From: an uncultured Nitrososphaerales archaeon
Lineage (GTDB): Archaea > Thermoproteota > Nitrososphaeria > Nitrososphaerales > Nitrososphaeraceae
NCBI GenBank assembly: GCA_963713605.1
Contig: CAVQMO010000001.1
Span: 1,056,001-1,120,000, forward strand
Length of the DNA stretch: 64,000 nt
Reading direction: 5' to 3'
The position numbers were made by a program, and so were the translations under genes. The notes beneath the pieces were generated by a model. The model did no database searches. It saw nothing but the letters and a program-made list of their open reading frames with translations, and was not told where the DNA came from. Below, piece by piece: positions 42,604-54,764 of the stretch; position 1 is the stretch's first letter; the number at the start of each line of letters is the position of its first letter.

Positions 42604-43185
42604 GCATTGCGTCTTGACGAGAATTACTATTCTTAAGTTGCTTGAAAAGCGAGTACATGCGTCTATTCTAAAATCGCTCGTATGATCCTCCTGTGATTAT
42701 AAGATTCTATCCCAAGAACACGAGAAGGCGTCTTGTCCATATATTCCTCTATATTAGAAAGTCCTTCAAAATGATCGATTTTTTGACCTCGTACGCAAGA
42801 ATATCCTCACGTGAAACGGATTGGATTTACAACTAATTAGTATAACCGTGCTAGAAAATGCAGCTGAATTGCTTTGTCTTTAATCCTTTATTCCCGATCT
42901 CGAATATTGTGTCGACCTATGGGAGCAAGGTGGTCAAGTCTGAACACCCTCTGTGGAAGTTGGGAATCAGCTTCATAAGTATAATAAATTTCGTATTTGA
43001 CAATGACTTTCTGAATTCGTAAAACGCCGCTTTCAGTCATCTACATTTGAGAATGAGAACTGAACACTACGTACAACCTACGAATACAGTATCGGTGTGC
43101 ACGATATCATTGGAAATGCAGGGGTAGATGCGCGCGACCCGCAAATTAGAGTCACTTAAGTATATGGAATGCATATATATATCTT

Positions 43186-44100
43186 ATGTTAAGAAACAAG
43201 TTATTATGTAAGAATCATACAGATTACGAATTCACGATAACTGATCCCGATTCAGGTGAGACAATATGCACCAGTTGCGGAGTTGTTCTCGCAGATAGAG
43301 TGTCTCAGCAAAATGTCCAAGAACGCCGATCATTTGATGCATTACAGGACCGGGAGAGGAGCAGAGTAGGAATGCCAAGCACTCTAGCCAGACATGATAA
43401 AGGGCTGTATACCGTCATTGGCAAACCGAATAAGGACGCCAGCGGTCAGGCTATAGACAATTCCATGCGAGTCATGATGGAAAGATTAAGGACATGGGAT
43501 TATAGATTGCAAGCACGGTCTGCAACCGATAGGAATCTTAAAAGTGCCTTTGTGAAGCTTGAAGCAATGAAGGGAAAGCTATCTTTACCTCACGCCACGA
43601 TCGAAAAAGCCGCCTATATTTATAGGAAAGTTCAAGAAAAGGGAATGATAAAAGGCAGAACTATAAATGCTGCATTGGGTGCGTCGATTTACATTGCGTG
43701 TAGAGAGGCTAGCATTACAAGGACTTTGAATGACATAGCAGTCATTAGTAATACCTCATACAAAGAGCTAGCCCGCACATACAGACTGATAGTGTTGAAT
43801 TTGGATCTAAAAGTACCTATGATTGACCCAATTAAGTGTGTAGCAAAACTTGCCAACAAATTAGGAGTAAGTGAAATTACAAAGAGATACGCCATCGATT
43901 ATATGCGTGTAATCTCAAAAAGCGGAGTTTCGGCAGGAAAAGACCCTATGGGATTGGCAGGAGCTGTTATTTATCTTTCATGTAGAAATCACGACCAACC
44001 GAGGACTCAAATTGAGGTGGCCAATGCAGGAGGTGTAACGGAAGTAACACTGAGGAATAGAACCAAAGAGTTGTCTATTAAGATCCCTCAGCTCAACTAA
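43186..44100 (+). CDS. tfb: Transcription initiation factor IIB paralogue
   Basis: CxxH...TDPDSGETICTSCG ribbon, RSRVG.P...HDKGL.T.IG, two cyclin repeats, GKDPMGLA, AGGVTEVTLRNR. Confidence 0.95.
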   Translation: MLRNKLLCKNHTDYEFTITDPDSGETICTSCGVVLADRVSQQNVQERRSFDALQDRERSRVGMPSTLARHDKGLYTVIGKPNKDASGQAIDNSMRVMMERLRTWDYRLQARSATDRNLKSAFVKLEAMKGKLSLPHATIEKAAYIYRKVQEKGMIKGRTINAALGASIYIACREASITRTLNDIAVISNTSYKELARTYRLIVLNLDLKVPMIDPIKCVAKLANKLGVSEITKRYAIDYMRVISKSGVSAGKDPMGLAGAVIYLSCRNHDQPRTQIEVANAGGVTEVTLRNRTKELSIKIPQLN

Positions 44101-44290
44101 CCAGTAATCCCGATTTGGTATTCCTATTACCATCTGGGTCTGGAGTCAACTAAAACCGGCAATATAAAACGGGGGTTATCCTCAACATATCGGCGACTTG
44201 GTCATCTTGAGGCGATATCACACATTTTGTAAGTTGTAAACCCGATATAAAAATAATTTCCAAAAAATGTATAAGTAGTTAGGTAAAAGA

Positions 44291-46502
44291 GTGTCTGTGC
44301 AGCCTGATATATTTTCACTGAAGATACTCGAAGCTTATACTAGAGACGTTGGCAGAGGAGTAGCACGTATTGATTATGACTCAATGGATTCACTCACCGC
44401 CTCAACAGGAGATGTAATCGAAATTAGGGGCGGAGAAAAGAGTAAGAGTCATAAGAGAACGGTTGCGAAGTGTTTGCCGCTATACCCTTCTGATGAAGGT
44501 AAGGGAATAATTCGTGTTGATGGTCTTGTACGAAATAATGCTGGTGTTGCTATAGGCGATACAGTAGTTGTAAGAAAGATAAAAGCAGTTCCAGCTGAAA
44601 AGGTAATTGTAGCACCGCTTGAAGCAATTCCACCTATTGATGAAAGGTATCTTGCAGATGCACTTGAAAGTGTACTTCTGATCAAAGGTGATAATGTCAT
44701 GGTTCCATATTTTGGTGGAAGACTTACTTTCCAAGTTATCGGGGTAAACCCTACTTCAAGTTCAAGTGAAGCTTCAATAGTAACTCAGAAAACCATGTTC
44801 ACAATTACGACCACTGATCATGCTTTGGCAGATAGAGTCGGACAGACTATCGCCTACGAGGATATAGGTGGCTTGAGGGACGAGATTCAAAAAGTACGTG
44901 AGATGATTGAGCTTCCTTTAAGACATCCAGAGATATTCGAGAAATTGGGAATTGAAGCTCCTAAAGGTGTGCTTCTATTTGGACCTCCTGGAACTGGTAA
45001 GACATTATTGGCAAAAGCTGTCGCGAATGAAAGTAACTCACATTTTATCAGTATATCAGGACCTGAAATAATGAGTAAATTCTATGGAGAATCTGAAGCA
45101 CGTTTAAGGGAGATCTTTAAGGAGGCAAGAGAGAAGGCACCTTCGATAATTTTCATTGATGAGATAGATTCAATCGCACCAAAGAGAGAAGAGGTAACTG
45201 GTGAGGTGGAACGACGAGTTGTATCTCAATTACTTTCATTGATGGATGGTTTAGAAGCTAGAGGAAAAGTTATAGTCATTGCTGCAACCAATAGACCAAA
45301 TGCCTTAGATCCAGCATTACGCAGACCAGGCAGATTTGACAGAGAAATTGAGATCAAAGTTCCTGATAAACGAGGTAGACTAGAGATATTACAGATTCAT
45401 GCCCGTAATATGCCTCTGGAAACTGATGTAGATCAAGATAAGATTGCTGCTGTAACTCACGGATTTGTAGGTGCAGATTTAGAATATCTGTGTAAAGAAG
45501 CTGCTATGAAGTGTTTGAGAAGGCTTCTACCTGAACTCAATATGGAGGATGAAAAACTTGCTCCCGAAACACTGGAAAAGCTCGTGATAAACATGAATGA
45601 TTTTGACTATGCTACAAGGGAGATAACCCCGTCTGCCATGAGAGAAGTCTACGTAGAACCTCCGGATGTTAAATGGGAGGATATTGGTGGACTAGACAAT
45701 GTCAAAAGGGAATTGCAAGAAGCTGTAGAATGGCCAATGCGATTTCCAGAAATGTACAAGCAGCTGGGACACGAGGTTCCTAAAGGAATACTTCTACACG
45801 GACCTTCAGGCACCGGAAAAACACTATTGGCGAAGGCAGTAGCCACTGAATCAGAGGCGAATTTCATCAGTGTTAAAGGTCCAGAATTAATGTCAAGATG
45901 GGTAGGCGAGTCTGAGAAAGGCATACGAGACATATTTAGGAAGGCAAGACAGGCGAGCACCTTGTGTTATATTCTTCGACGAGATAGATTCTATTGCACC
46001 TGTCAGAGGTTTAGAAGGTGTAGGGTACGCGAGTACGGAGAGAATGGTCTCACAATTACTTACAGAGATGGACGGCGTACAGGAAATTCATGACGTTGTA
46101 ATTATCGCGGCCACAAATAGAGTGGATATGATTGATCCTGCACTCTTACGGCCAGGGAGATTCGACAGAATTGTGTTCATATCAAATCCAGATAAATTCA
46201 CCAGGAAAAAAATCCTTGAGATAAATACCAAAGGCAAGCCAATAGGGCAGGACGTAGACCTAGAGAAGATTGCGACCATCACTGAAGGCTTTAGCGGCGC
46301 CGACATGGCGGCAATAGGCAACACCGCAATATCGCTGGTTCTCCACAATTATCTTCAAAAGTATCCAACACCAGAAGAGGCTCTCAAACATTCATCAGAA
46401 GCTCTTGTATCTATGCATCATTTTGAGGAAGCCACTAAGAAGGTTCGAAACCAGAAGGAAATGAAACCAGAGGAGAAACCAAATCTTTCACAGTACAGGT
46501 GA
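44291..46502 (+). CDS. cdc48: CDC48/VAT AAA+ ATPase, +1 frameshift ~45956
   Basis: [12 protein letters not shown]-domain; two AAA modules ([16 protein letters not shown]), [17 protein letters not shown]; joined through [13 protein letters not shown]. Confidence 0.95.
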
Positions 46503-46514
46503 TCAATAAACATA

Positions 46515-46526
46515 CTTTTCTTTTTC
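46515..46526 (+). terminator. Oligo-T terminator after cdc48
   Basis: CTTTTCTTTTTC shortly after the stop codon. Confidence 0.4.
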
Positions 46527-46863
46527 CCGTAAGCAATTTATTATATTTTTTTAATTATCTTGATGAGTTGAACTTCAGAGTTTGCATAGTGCTTTCGGAA
46601 TGTCAGCAACTTCTCTAAATGGTAGGATGTCGTTTCTCTATCAAGGCTTGAGTAATAAACTACAAATTGTGCAAGTTGTGCAATCGATAACTTGGCTGTA
46701 TAAAAATGGATGGAACGGCGCGAATGGGATAAGTTTGTAAATTTGCAGCCAGACTAGATGAGACCCGGAATATTCCTATTTCAAGAGCATTTAGAAAAAA
46801 TACAGGCAGTCCGGAGAAAGACCCTGTTTTGATAACTACACTTGGTTCTTTTCTAAAGATTGG

Positions 46864-47648
46864 CTACTTCTCTTTTGGTTTACGGCTATAGCTTCTCAAA
46901 GTTTCTACGACCCACTTCACGTCTTCTTTAGTCTTTGCTAAATTGGCAATCTTTACGCAATCCCTAATATCTCTAGACTTCAATTTTGTCCATACCACGT
47001 CAGCAACTTCCGCTGCTATATCTTCGGCAATTCCTTCACCGTGACACAACAGATGGATAGTGACTTCTTTGAAGCTACCGTATTTGTACGGTTTAAAGTA
47101 TAACACTAAAAATCTGGAGAGAAGTGGTGTAAGCATTCTCTCAGTAGCATTACTTGTGGCAAAGACCCAGGTCTTTAACTGTGTATTGCGAGCCTTCTGG
47201 AACTTGGTCTCAGCGATTATTCCTGTTTCCATAAGGCTGAGTAGAGCTGTTTGGTCCTTCAAAGGCATATGTTCGATTTCATCAATAATAAGGTACCTTG
47301 GACGTTTCTCAAACAGGTATTCTATCATGCCAGATTTAGTGCTATGACTTCCAAGCGTAAAGTAGGATCTTCAAGCTTCATACATTCTAACATAAAGAGG
47401 GTTTTTGCGGAAGCAGGAGGCCCCACCAGGAGAATATGTACTGGTCTCTCCTTAGAATATAGTGACAAATGGAACAATTTTTTTATGTCTTCATAACCCA
47501 CGATATTAGAAAAAAGCTCTTCCCCACCTTGAAACTGAGAGATCGTATCACCATCGACTGGTTCTGCCGCTTTATTATTTAGGGATACCACATTTTTTTC
47601 GTCACTTGAGTACACTCGACTATTGACGGCACTTTCGGATGCGTGCAT
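46864..47648 (-). CDS. Small AAA ATPase (RuvB-like fold), -1 frameshift ~47371
   Basis: FSNIVGYEDIK, HILLVGPPASAKT (variant Walker A), joined LERSYFTLGSHSTKSGM, LIIDEIE, LLSLMETG, PLLSRF. Confidence 0.85.
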
Positions 47649-47847
47649 GCAAAGTAACTACTCTCATCGGTAATAAAGACATTTGAGCCAAATAATGGTG
47701 TCAATTTACTTGATAAATGTAGACAGGTGTAATGAATGACTTTGTAAGCTTTTCTTCTTTAAGCAGTAATTCGGAAAAATAAATGGTAACGCAACTGATA
47801 TCGCAACTCATACTGTAAATGTAAAGTTTCTTGTTGTACTTACCTTG

Positions 47848-48623
47848 TTATCTTTCTATTTTCAATGTATTGTAAAATCTGTTGTACCAATAAAAAGCTC
47901 CAATCAAAATAACTTAATCAGTCATGAAAAATAGATCCCATATCCACATCTCTTTGGTGCTGCCCTCTAGAAAGTGATGCACAAACCCGTCGTCAGCAAT
48001 CGCATTAATTAGAAGAGATAACTCTGATGGTCTAGGATAGGGTATGTTATTGAAAGGATTAAATCAATTAGGCCTGTTTTAGTCTCGCCTATCATTCTCC
48101 CTTCTTCATTCTCGTAAAAACCCCATGGAAGAATCAAATTATAAGCCACTACTGACCCGGAGACAACAATGACCGTAACAACGCTAAACGTATGAACCTG
48201 ATTGCGTCTCACAAGTCTGAGAGCAGTGAAGAGATGTAATGAAAAGAATACATAGCCGACTATCCAACATGGATCCGCAACAGACACAACTAACGACTGT
48301 TCTTCCTCCTTGTGTTGAACAAAATGACCGTACGCCAGTGACAAGTCTGCTATTAACCAGAACAAAATTCCCAGTGTGAGATATAGCAACGATTGACCGT
48401 GTGTACCAGTGATGCGATATCGATATATTGTAACGAAACCGTATATGGTTGCTAGACAGGCAGTAATGTTGAGAGCGGCAACCGTAGTCGAATAATGTTG
48501 ACTCGGAAAATGTAAAACAATGTTTATTATCAGCACATTAACAATGATGACGATTATTCCCATCGCGACGCAAAACCTAACTACTAGTTTTTGAAGTAAT
48601 TGAGGAGAAGCGTTATCATGCAT
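47848..48623 (-). pseudogene. Decayed multi-TM membrane protein (sensor-like)
   Basis: Intact TM region to YPILD, then a frame change and SLLINAIADDGF...WDLFFMTD*VILIGAFYWYNR with in-frame TAA at 47914-47916. Confidence 0.65.
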
Positions 48624-49389
48624 CGGGTACTTTGTCGCTTTGCTCCTCTAAATATAAACCAAACGTTATAGTGAGTTTTCCAAACAGAGGACAAATGACA
48701 GCTTGATTCAGTCGACCCCATTTTAAGATGCAACTTCCATATTTTCACTCAAATCACATTGAAGATAGTTTTTCTTTGATGCAGAGTAGGAAAAATGTCG
48801 AATACTCTGATAATAGTATTAACTACCGAAAATCAATATACAATTGTATAAACCTGTATACAATCAGTCAATCTTTGACCTACATACAGAATCCATATCC
48901 TCTTATTTCCTCCACATTGGTTTCCAGCCAGTACCTTTTCAGATTATTTAGTGCGATCGCAAAGAATTCACATGAACCGAACAGTAAGGTAAGTTACATC
49001 TATATTTCTTAGGAAGTAAGAAGATTAAGTATGAAGAATTGGTCGTCGTCTGGATGCAGTGGGCAATTTACAGATCCCAACTTAGAATATAGATTTTATG
49101 AATACCGGATTACCAGCAAACGATTGATACCATCACAGATATTATACCTCAAAAACTCATAATAATCACGTCCGTGCGACACGCCTCGAAATGAAAGAAG
49201 AACACAGCTTACGCACACACAGGAGCAAGCTATACATTTTGCTAGCAGGGGGTTCAAATTATCAATTCATATTCCTTATGTTTGCATTGTATTACCTTGT
49301 TTCGCTAAGATTTAAGCTTGGCTTAATTTCATGGTACATCGATGAATATTCTGTTCAAGAATATATTACGAGTCATGAGGAATTAGTCT

Positions 49390-49885
49390 ATGAGTTTCAC
49401 AGGCAACCACAGAATTCAAGATCCAAGAGTATTCCGGGTCATTTCATTTGTTTCACTTGGTCTAGTCTTTGCCGTTATTATTATTGGTGCTTTTCTGAGC
49501 GCGCGGGGTCAAGGACTTTCGTGTTCAGATTGGCCGTTGTGTCCAACTGGATTCAGTCTGTCACCTGAAGGAGAGTACTTCATAGAATACGTTCACAGGA
49601 TTGTTGCAGTGATCACTGCTGTATTCGTTTACGTCACCGCCTGCTACGCAATCAAAAGAGTGGCCAGGGCTAGAAGGGGCTGCTATCGCTACCGCCGTGG
49701 CAGTTTCGTTTCAAATTGCAATTGGCATGCTAGTTGTATTTTCAGAACTACAACCAATAATAGTCGCTATTCATACGGGAGTGGGTGTCATCTCTTTAGC
49801 ATCGGCTTTACTGACGTTTATCTTATCCTTCCCAGCCTTCACAGGTCATCCAGTCTCAAATAAAGCATCATCTGAAGTAAATTGA
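49390..49885 (+). CDS. ctaA: Short (4-TM) COX15/CtaA heme A synthase family protein, +1 frameshift ~49677
   Basis: GLSCSDWPLC, IEYVHR, FQIAIG...AIH. Confidence 0.8.
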
Positions 49886-50133
49886 GGCAAATGTGATTGA
49901 TAGTGGCTTTTTGGATGGTACCCATGAACGTTAAAGATAGTTACTTCTTAACTCCAAGACGTAATTCAAAAATAACTTACTACATATGTGATATATCCTC
50001 AACCGTTAAACAGGTTTGTCGTTATATTCAAAAGGACTACCTACCGAATAGGATCTACAATTCTTGCGCTCAAAGGTTGATTCATGAAAACCGAGGATAA
50101 GGCCATCAAAAGGGCAGCAAAGATACATTTGAA

Positions 50134-50802
50134 TCAGATTTTTGTCCCTCCCAACTGACTATTGTCCTCACCGCTATGATCATTTACTGTCCATGGGAAC
50201 CGCTTACCGATTATTGAACTCCAATCGAGCCTTGTCACGAAGTAAATGAGGCATCCTACTAACGATATACTAACTATTGCGAATAAGGCCAAGTACAGAG
50301 GATCGGTAGTTCTTTTTAGTAATTGCTGGGCCAGTGGCATTCCCCAAAGTAGGAGTATCCATACCACTGCCAAATTGACTATGAGCTTTCCAAGGAAAGT
50401 TGTCACAACAAATTTCCATGGAGTAAATTTGGAGATACCAAGGAGAATAATAATAATATCATCAGGTGGAAATGGGGTTAACGCTGCTACAAACGAGCCT
50501 AATGAACCATATTTTGCGAGCAATAATTGCAATGGGGTCATCCTAGTCAATGTCTTCTTCTTGATAAGGCTCCTGCCGTGATAGCTGGCCAAAAAAATCG
50601 TTGTTCGTCCTAAGGTTACCCCGATGGCAGTAACTAATGCAAGCAAGTTCGGATCGAATCTACCGCTCAGCAGCGCGATAATCAACACAGGTATATAAGG
50701 GATCGGTACGAAGACGATTAGGCTTATGAGTGACGTTACTATCAAAACTCCAACATAACCTAGACTGCTACCTATCGAGAACATCTCCTCAAAAAGAGTC
50801 AT
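50134..50802 (-). CDS. DedA/VTT (SNARE-associated) membrane protein
   Basis: VPIPY, G.TLG, ALTPFPPDD...G..KF...F...FLGK. Confidence 0.85.
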   Translation of the reverse strand: MTLFEEMFSIGSSLGYVGVLIVTSLISLIVFVPIPYIPVLIIALLSGRFDPNLLALVTAIGVTLGRTTIFLASYHGRSLIKKKTLTRMTPLQLLLAKYGSLGSFVAALTPFPPDDIIIILLGISKFTPWKFVVTTFLGKLIVNLAVVWILLLWGMPLAQQLLKRTTDPLYLALFAIVSISLVGCLIYFVTRLDWSSIIGKRFPWTVNDHSGEDNSQLGGTKI

Positions 50803-51076
50803 TAGCGAAACTATTCGAATTAAGCGGCTAGTTCAATATTTATGAATCGGATATTTGCTCTATGTTCTAATTGCAGATTTTTTGATCCGAATTCAAATGG
50901 TCTCACTCTTTCCTAAACTTAAGACATCTGAGACACTTAGTATCAAGTATATAGATACCAAATAAGTGATATAAGAAGTTGTAGCTATTTGGATATTTAT
51001 TGGCCAGTAACGAAGATATCCTTATTCGGAAGCCACGCGTCAGGTTAATTCCCTATAAAATGATAGCAGTTGATCT

Positions 51077-51481
51077 CTACCTGGATTTGGTTACTTGAAT
51101 ATCACCCTCGTTTGCAGTGACTGTTACCTTAGAGAAATTCAATTCTGTGCTCCCAGGGGGCGTAATCATGACGGATGCGAATGGTCCCATGGTCCCAATT
51201 TGTTGAATTTGATCTCGATCACCAAATTGCACAGATACATTCTTGAGGGTATCAAAATTGTTATTTGATATCCTGACACTTACTGTTTGCATAGTTCCCA
51301 TCACTTCACTACGCTCAACAATTTCTACATTCAATCCTGACCTTGGGATATAGACTGACAGTACCACTACTCCTACAATAACAAAGCCTGCGATTATGAT
51401 GTATTTTATAATTTTTACGTAGTTCCTCTTTCTGGAAAATCCTTCGTCGTCGGCGAAACGGTTATTCTCCCATCTTCCCAT
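51077..51481 (-). CDS. Membrane-anchored hypothetical protein with Ig-like beta region
   Basis: Single N-terminal TM, then VRISNN.FDTLKNVSV. Confidence 0.7.
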   Translation of the reverse strand: MGRWENNRFADDEGFSRKRNYVKIIKYIIIAGFVIVGVVVLSVYIPRSGLNVEIVERSEVMGTMQTVSVRISNNNFDTLKNVSVQFGDRDQIQQIGTMGPFASVMITPPGSTELNFSKVTVTANEGDIQVTKSR

Positions 51482-52182
51482 GAAGAAGAATATACATTTT
51501 AGTGTTATATTGTTATGGATTCTTATTGCATTTCTTGATTAGAACCAAACGATTCAGATATGCTTGTACAATGTAGAAGGAAAAGGTAAGTCAACTAAAA
51601 TATCAAAGCGTGTCAAATGGTTAGTAGATTGGGTAAGGGGAACTGAAATACTTTTATCATCATTAACTTTCCTTATCGCTATTCGGTTCTAATGGAAAAA
51701 GTTTTCGCATATTAAAGGAAGGGGACACGAATGCCAAATGACAGGTCAGCACATAGTCGAGTTCGATTCAGTCTGAGTTGACCAATATTTAGGTTATTTA
51801 TTGCCGGAGTTCAAAGTTAACGCCTTGGATTACTGCTACAAGGCATTATTTGAGTAATAACAAGACTCTTATCATGATTCTCGCAAGGAGAAGATTAAAG
51901 GACCAGTAGCAAGCAAATATTTTCACTAAAGCTCAAACGTGAACCGGTTATCACTATTAGTAGTTCATTATTAGTAGTCATTATACGTACAAATAATCTA
52001 GCAAAGAATTAATACTAAAATTCTAATATCTTTTTTAAGAGGCTAAAGGTTGATTATATTGAGAGTTCAATATCTAAAATATGTTCGTCAATCCTATTCT
52101 AGCATAACCATTACCTAGTGAGAAGTTGACTCGATATCTTTCTCAATTCAGATAAATCAATATTGGACATCTATTTATAATT

Positions 52183-52410
52183 ATGACAAGCCTCAGAATT
52201 TTAACTGTAACTATAGCATTGACAGGGCTGATCATTGGATCACTATTCATCGGTCAGGGTAACTCCTATGGAAAGGATTACCAAAAAAAATCCCTTGCTG
52301 TTTCACAGGCCAATTACTGCGGACAGGGAGAGGTCGGGATGAGTGTTCAATGCACTAATACTGTATCACAGACTCAAGGAAATGAAAACGGAGTAGCGGT
52401 AACAGACTAG
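52183..52410 (+). CDS. Small secreted protein with one Cys pair
   Basis: Signal peptide; QANYCG.G....VQC.N..SQTQG.EN. Confidence 0.65.
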   Translation: MTSLRILTVTIALTGLIIGSLFIGQGNSYGKDYQKKSLAVSQANYCGQGEVGMSVQCTNTVSQTQGNENGVAVTD

Positions 52411-52609
52411 GAATTATTTTTGAATTTCATTACCTACTCTGAATCCTTTAACTTTATTGAAGGATATTTCCTTCTAAAGATTCTTTCGTTGCCATAGCAT
52501 AGGATTCAAGTAGTATTGAGAATATGGGTTGCCGGCTGTTAAAAACAAAAATACGATGAACAGGAGCTGGTCGTCTTCTGATTGTCAACTTGAAGCAATA
52601 ATCATGATC

Positions 52610-54456
52610 TCACCTCCTAAAAAGAGGGTTACAAACGAATGGACCTAGTGTTTCTGTGAGCGATCATACAAGTCACTGAAGAAATCATCCTGACGATCAA
52701 TTGGTGGTTGTGTGGGAAAATTGTTACCATTGCCAGGTTGCAACTTTCCAAGTTCAGTCGACCCTACAATGACAGGGATTTTTAGGGGTTGACCATTACG
52801 CACTAAAATAACTTGGATAGTGTCGCCTATGCTCTTGTTCCTGATGAATTCATCGAAGGCATCAACATTAGGTATCATTGTATCGTCAATTCTTACAATT
52901 ACGTCTCCTCCTATCTCAACTGGGGTGCCACCTATATCTGCAAGAATAAATCCACCTCTAATCCCAGCTCTCTCAGCCGGTCCGTCTGCAAATACATCAA
53001 CCACAAGGACACCTTCTCGCCCACCATGTTGATCGTCAATTGATAGTTGTTCTTGTTCTTGTTGTTGTTGTTGTTGTTGTTGCGAACCTGTTAGGTTCAT
53101 TCTTGCCGCTATTTGTTCAGTCATGTTTATTGTATTGATGCCAAGGGTGGGATGCTGCTGTTGGCTCTGCTCAGTTTCTAGCAGTCGTTGTGTTGGTCTT
53201 TCTGCGACTGTCATGTTAATTTCTTGGATTTTTCCATCTCTTAACACACTAAGTATCACAGCATCACCTACAGATCTTTCTGATTGAAGGTACGAAAGTA
53301 GATCTTCAATCTTTCTGACGGTGACGTTTTCTACAGCAACAATTACATCCCCTCCTAATTCGATTTGTCTTCCATTAATATCCTTCAACACTCCTCCGCC
53401 TCTAATACCAGATCTTTCTGCTGGGCTTCCTGATGTAACCTCAGTAACCAAGAATCCTCTAGAATCATTCAAATCCATCTCACGCGCGATTTCTGGAGAC
53501 ATGTCTACGCCAGCTATTCCTATATACGGATGTCTATATATTCCAGTGGATATTAGCTCCGGTACTACTTTCCTAATAATATTTGATGGGATAGCAGATC
53601 CAACTCCTGCATATACCCCAACATTTGAGAAAATTTCTGTATTCATTCCAATAACTTCCCCTGCAATGTTAAGCAGTGGCCCACCGGAGTTGCCGGGAGT
53701 TATAGCAGCATCAGTTTGAACTAAGTTCGGTATCAAAAATAATGGAGTATCTTGTTGACGTAATAGAAGATCACCTTGAGGAACAGAGGATGGGAGGATT
53801 CTTCCAAAGCCACTCACTATCCCCTCGGTCATCGATCCCGAGAGTCCAAAGGGATTTCCTACCGCTAGCACAGGTTGTCCAATTCTGAGTTCGGATGAAT
53901 TACCTAGAGGTAATGGTATGAGGCTCTTTCCAGTTATGTTCTCTATTTTCATGACAGCCAACTCGGAGTAAAGATCTGCACCAATGACTCTGCCAATATA
54001 TGTCGTACCGTCTAGGAAAGTTATATGAAAATCTCTATCGCTTAGGTTTATTTCTTGGCTTTCCTGTGGATCAGCAACCACGTTGTAATTAGTGACAACA
54101 TGACCCAGATTATTATAGATAAAGCCGGAACCTTGTCTTGACCCAATAGAGGTGGCGGAAGCTTCGCTTATTTGAACTACTGATTGATCGACATCATTGA
54201 ACAATGTAGTGAGATTGCGTTCCATATTTGGATATGTTAACCTAGGTAGCTCTTGATCATTGGAGGAGACAATAGAGTTATTTGGTGACTCTAATTGGGC
54301 ATTTAGTTCAAAGGGACAGAATGTTACTAAGAAAATGAAGAAAATGACAACAGGGAGTAAACATAATCCAAATTGTTCGCATAATTTCATACGGTCACGT
54401 ATGAAATGCCTCTTTAAATGCGTTTTGGGTAGATTCGATTCCCATGTTTTTATCAT
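52610..54456 (-). CDS. HtrA/DegP-like trypsin protease with two PDZ domains and altered triad; probable -1 frameshift ~52658 near the C-terminus
   Basis: GSGF, VTNYNVV, AVGNPFGLSGSMTEGIVS, QTDAAITPGNSGGPL, two GGDVI PDZ modules; corrected end DRCTETLGPFVCNPLFRR*. Confidence 0.88.
53046..53082 (-). repeat. CAA trinucleotide microsatellite (poly-Gln) in the HtrA-like gene
   Basis: gttgttcttgttcttgttgttgttgttgttgttgttg; encodes QQQQQQQQEQEQ. Confidence 0.85.
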
Positions 54457-54764
54457 TTCGATTTGCCTTATAGTGACCTTTGTGCCACTTGGTGGCTAAA
54501 TACACATTTCCGAAGGCCAGGTATAGCCATTAGTAACGACAGTAATAATAATTCAGATATCAATTTAGAAGAACCTTGAAATTTAATAAATCCTAATTAT
54601 TAAATATCTACTGCATGGATTCTTATATCTTCACACGGCTCTGGTGTATATTACATGTCTTATATTTTTGCCTGAGGCATATGAATCGAGGCAATATAAC
54701 AAGCAATTAAAATCCTAAAAAAAACAGGGACGGTTTCCCGGTCTTTTAATTCCTGCTTTTGAAT

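Noticed and set aside
48728..49568. ORFs 48728-49012 and 49191-49568
   Set aside because: AT-rich, no motifs, and the second overlaps the ctaA-like gene in another frame.
345..52660. Split genes as programmed frameshifts, further introns or mass pseudogenisation
   Set aside because: Each junction closes with a 1-nt correction, no slippery heptamer or BHB was seen there, and core genes are affected.
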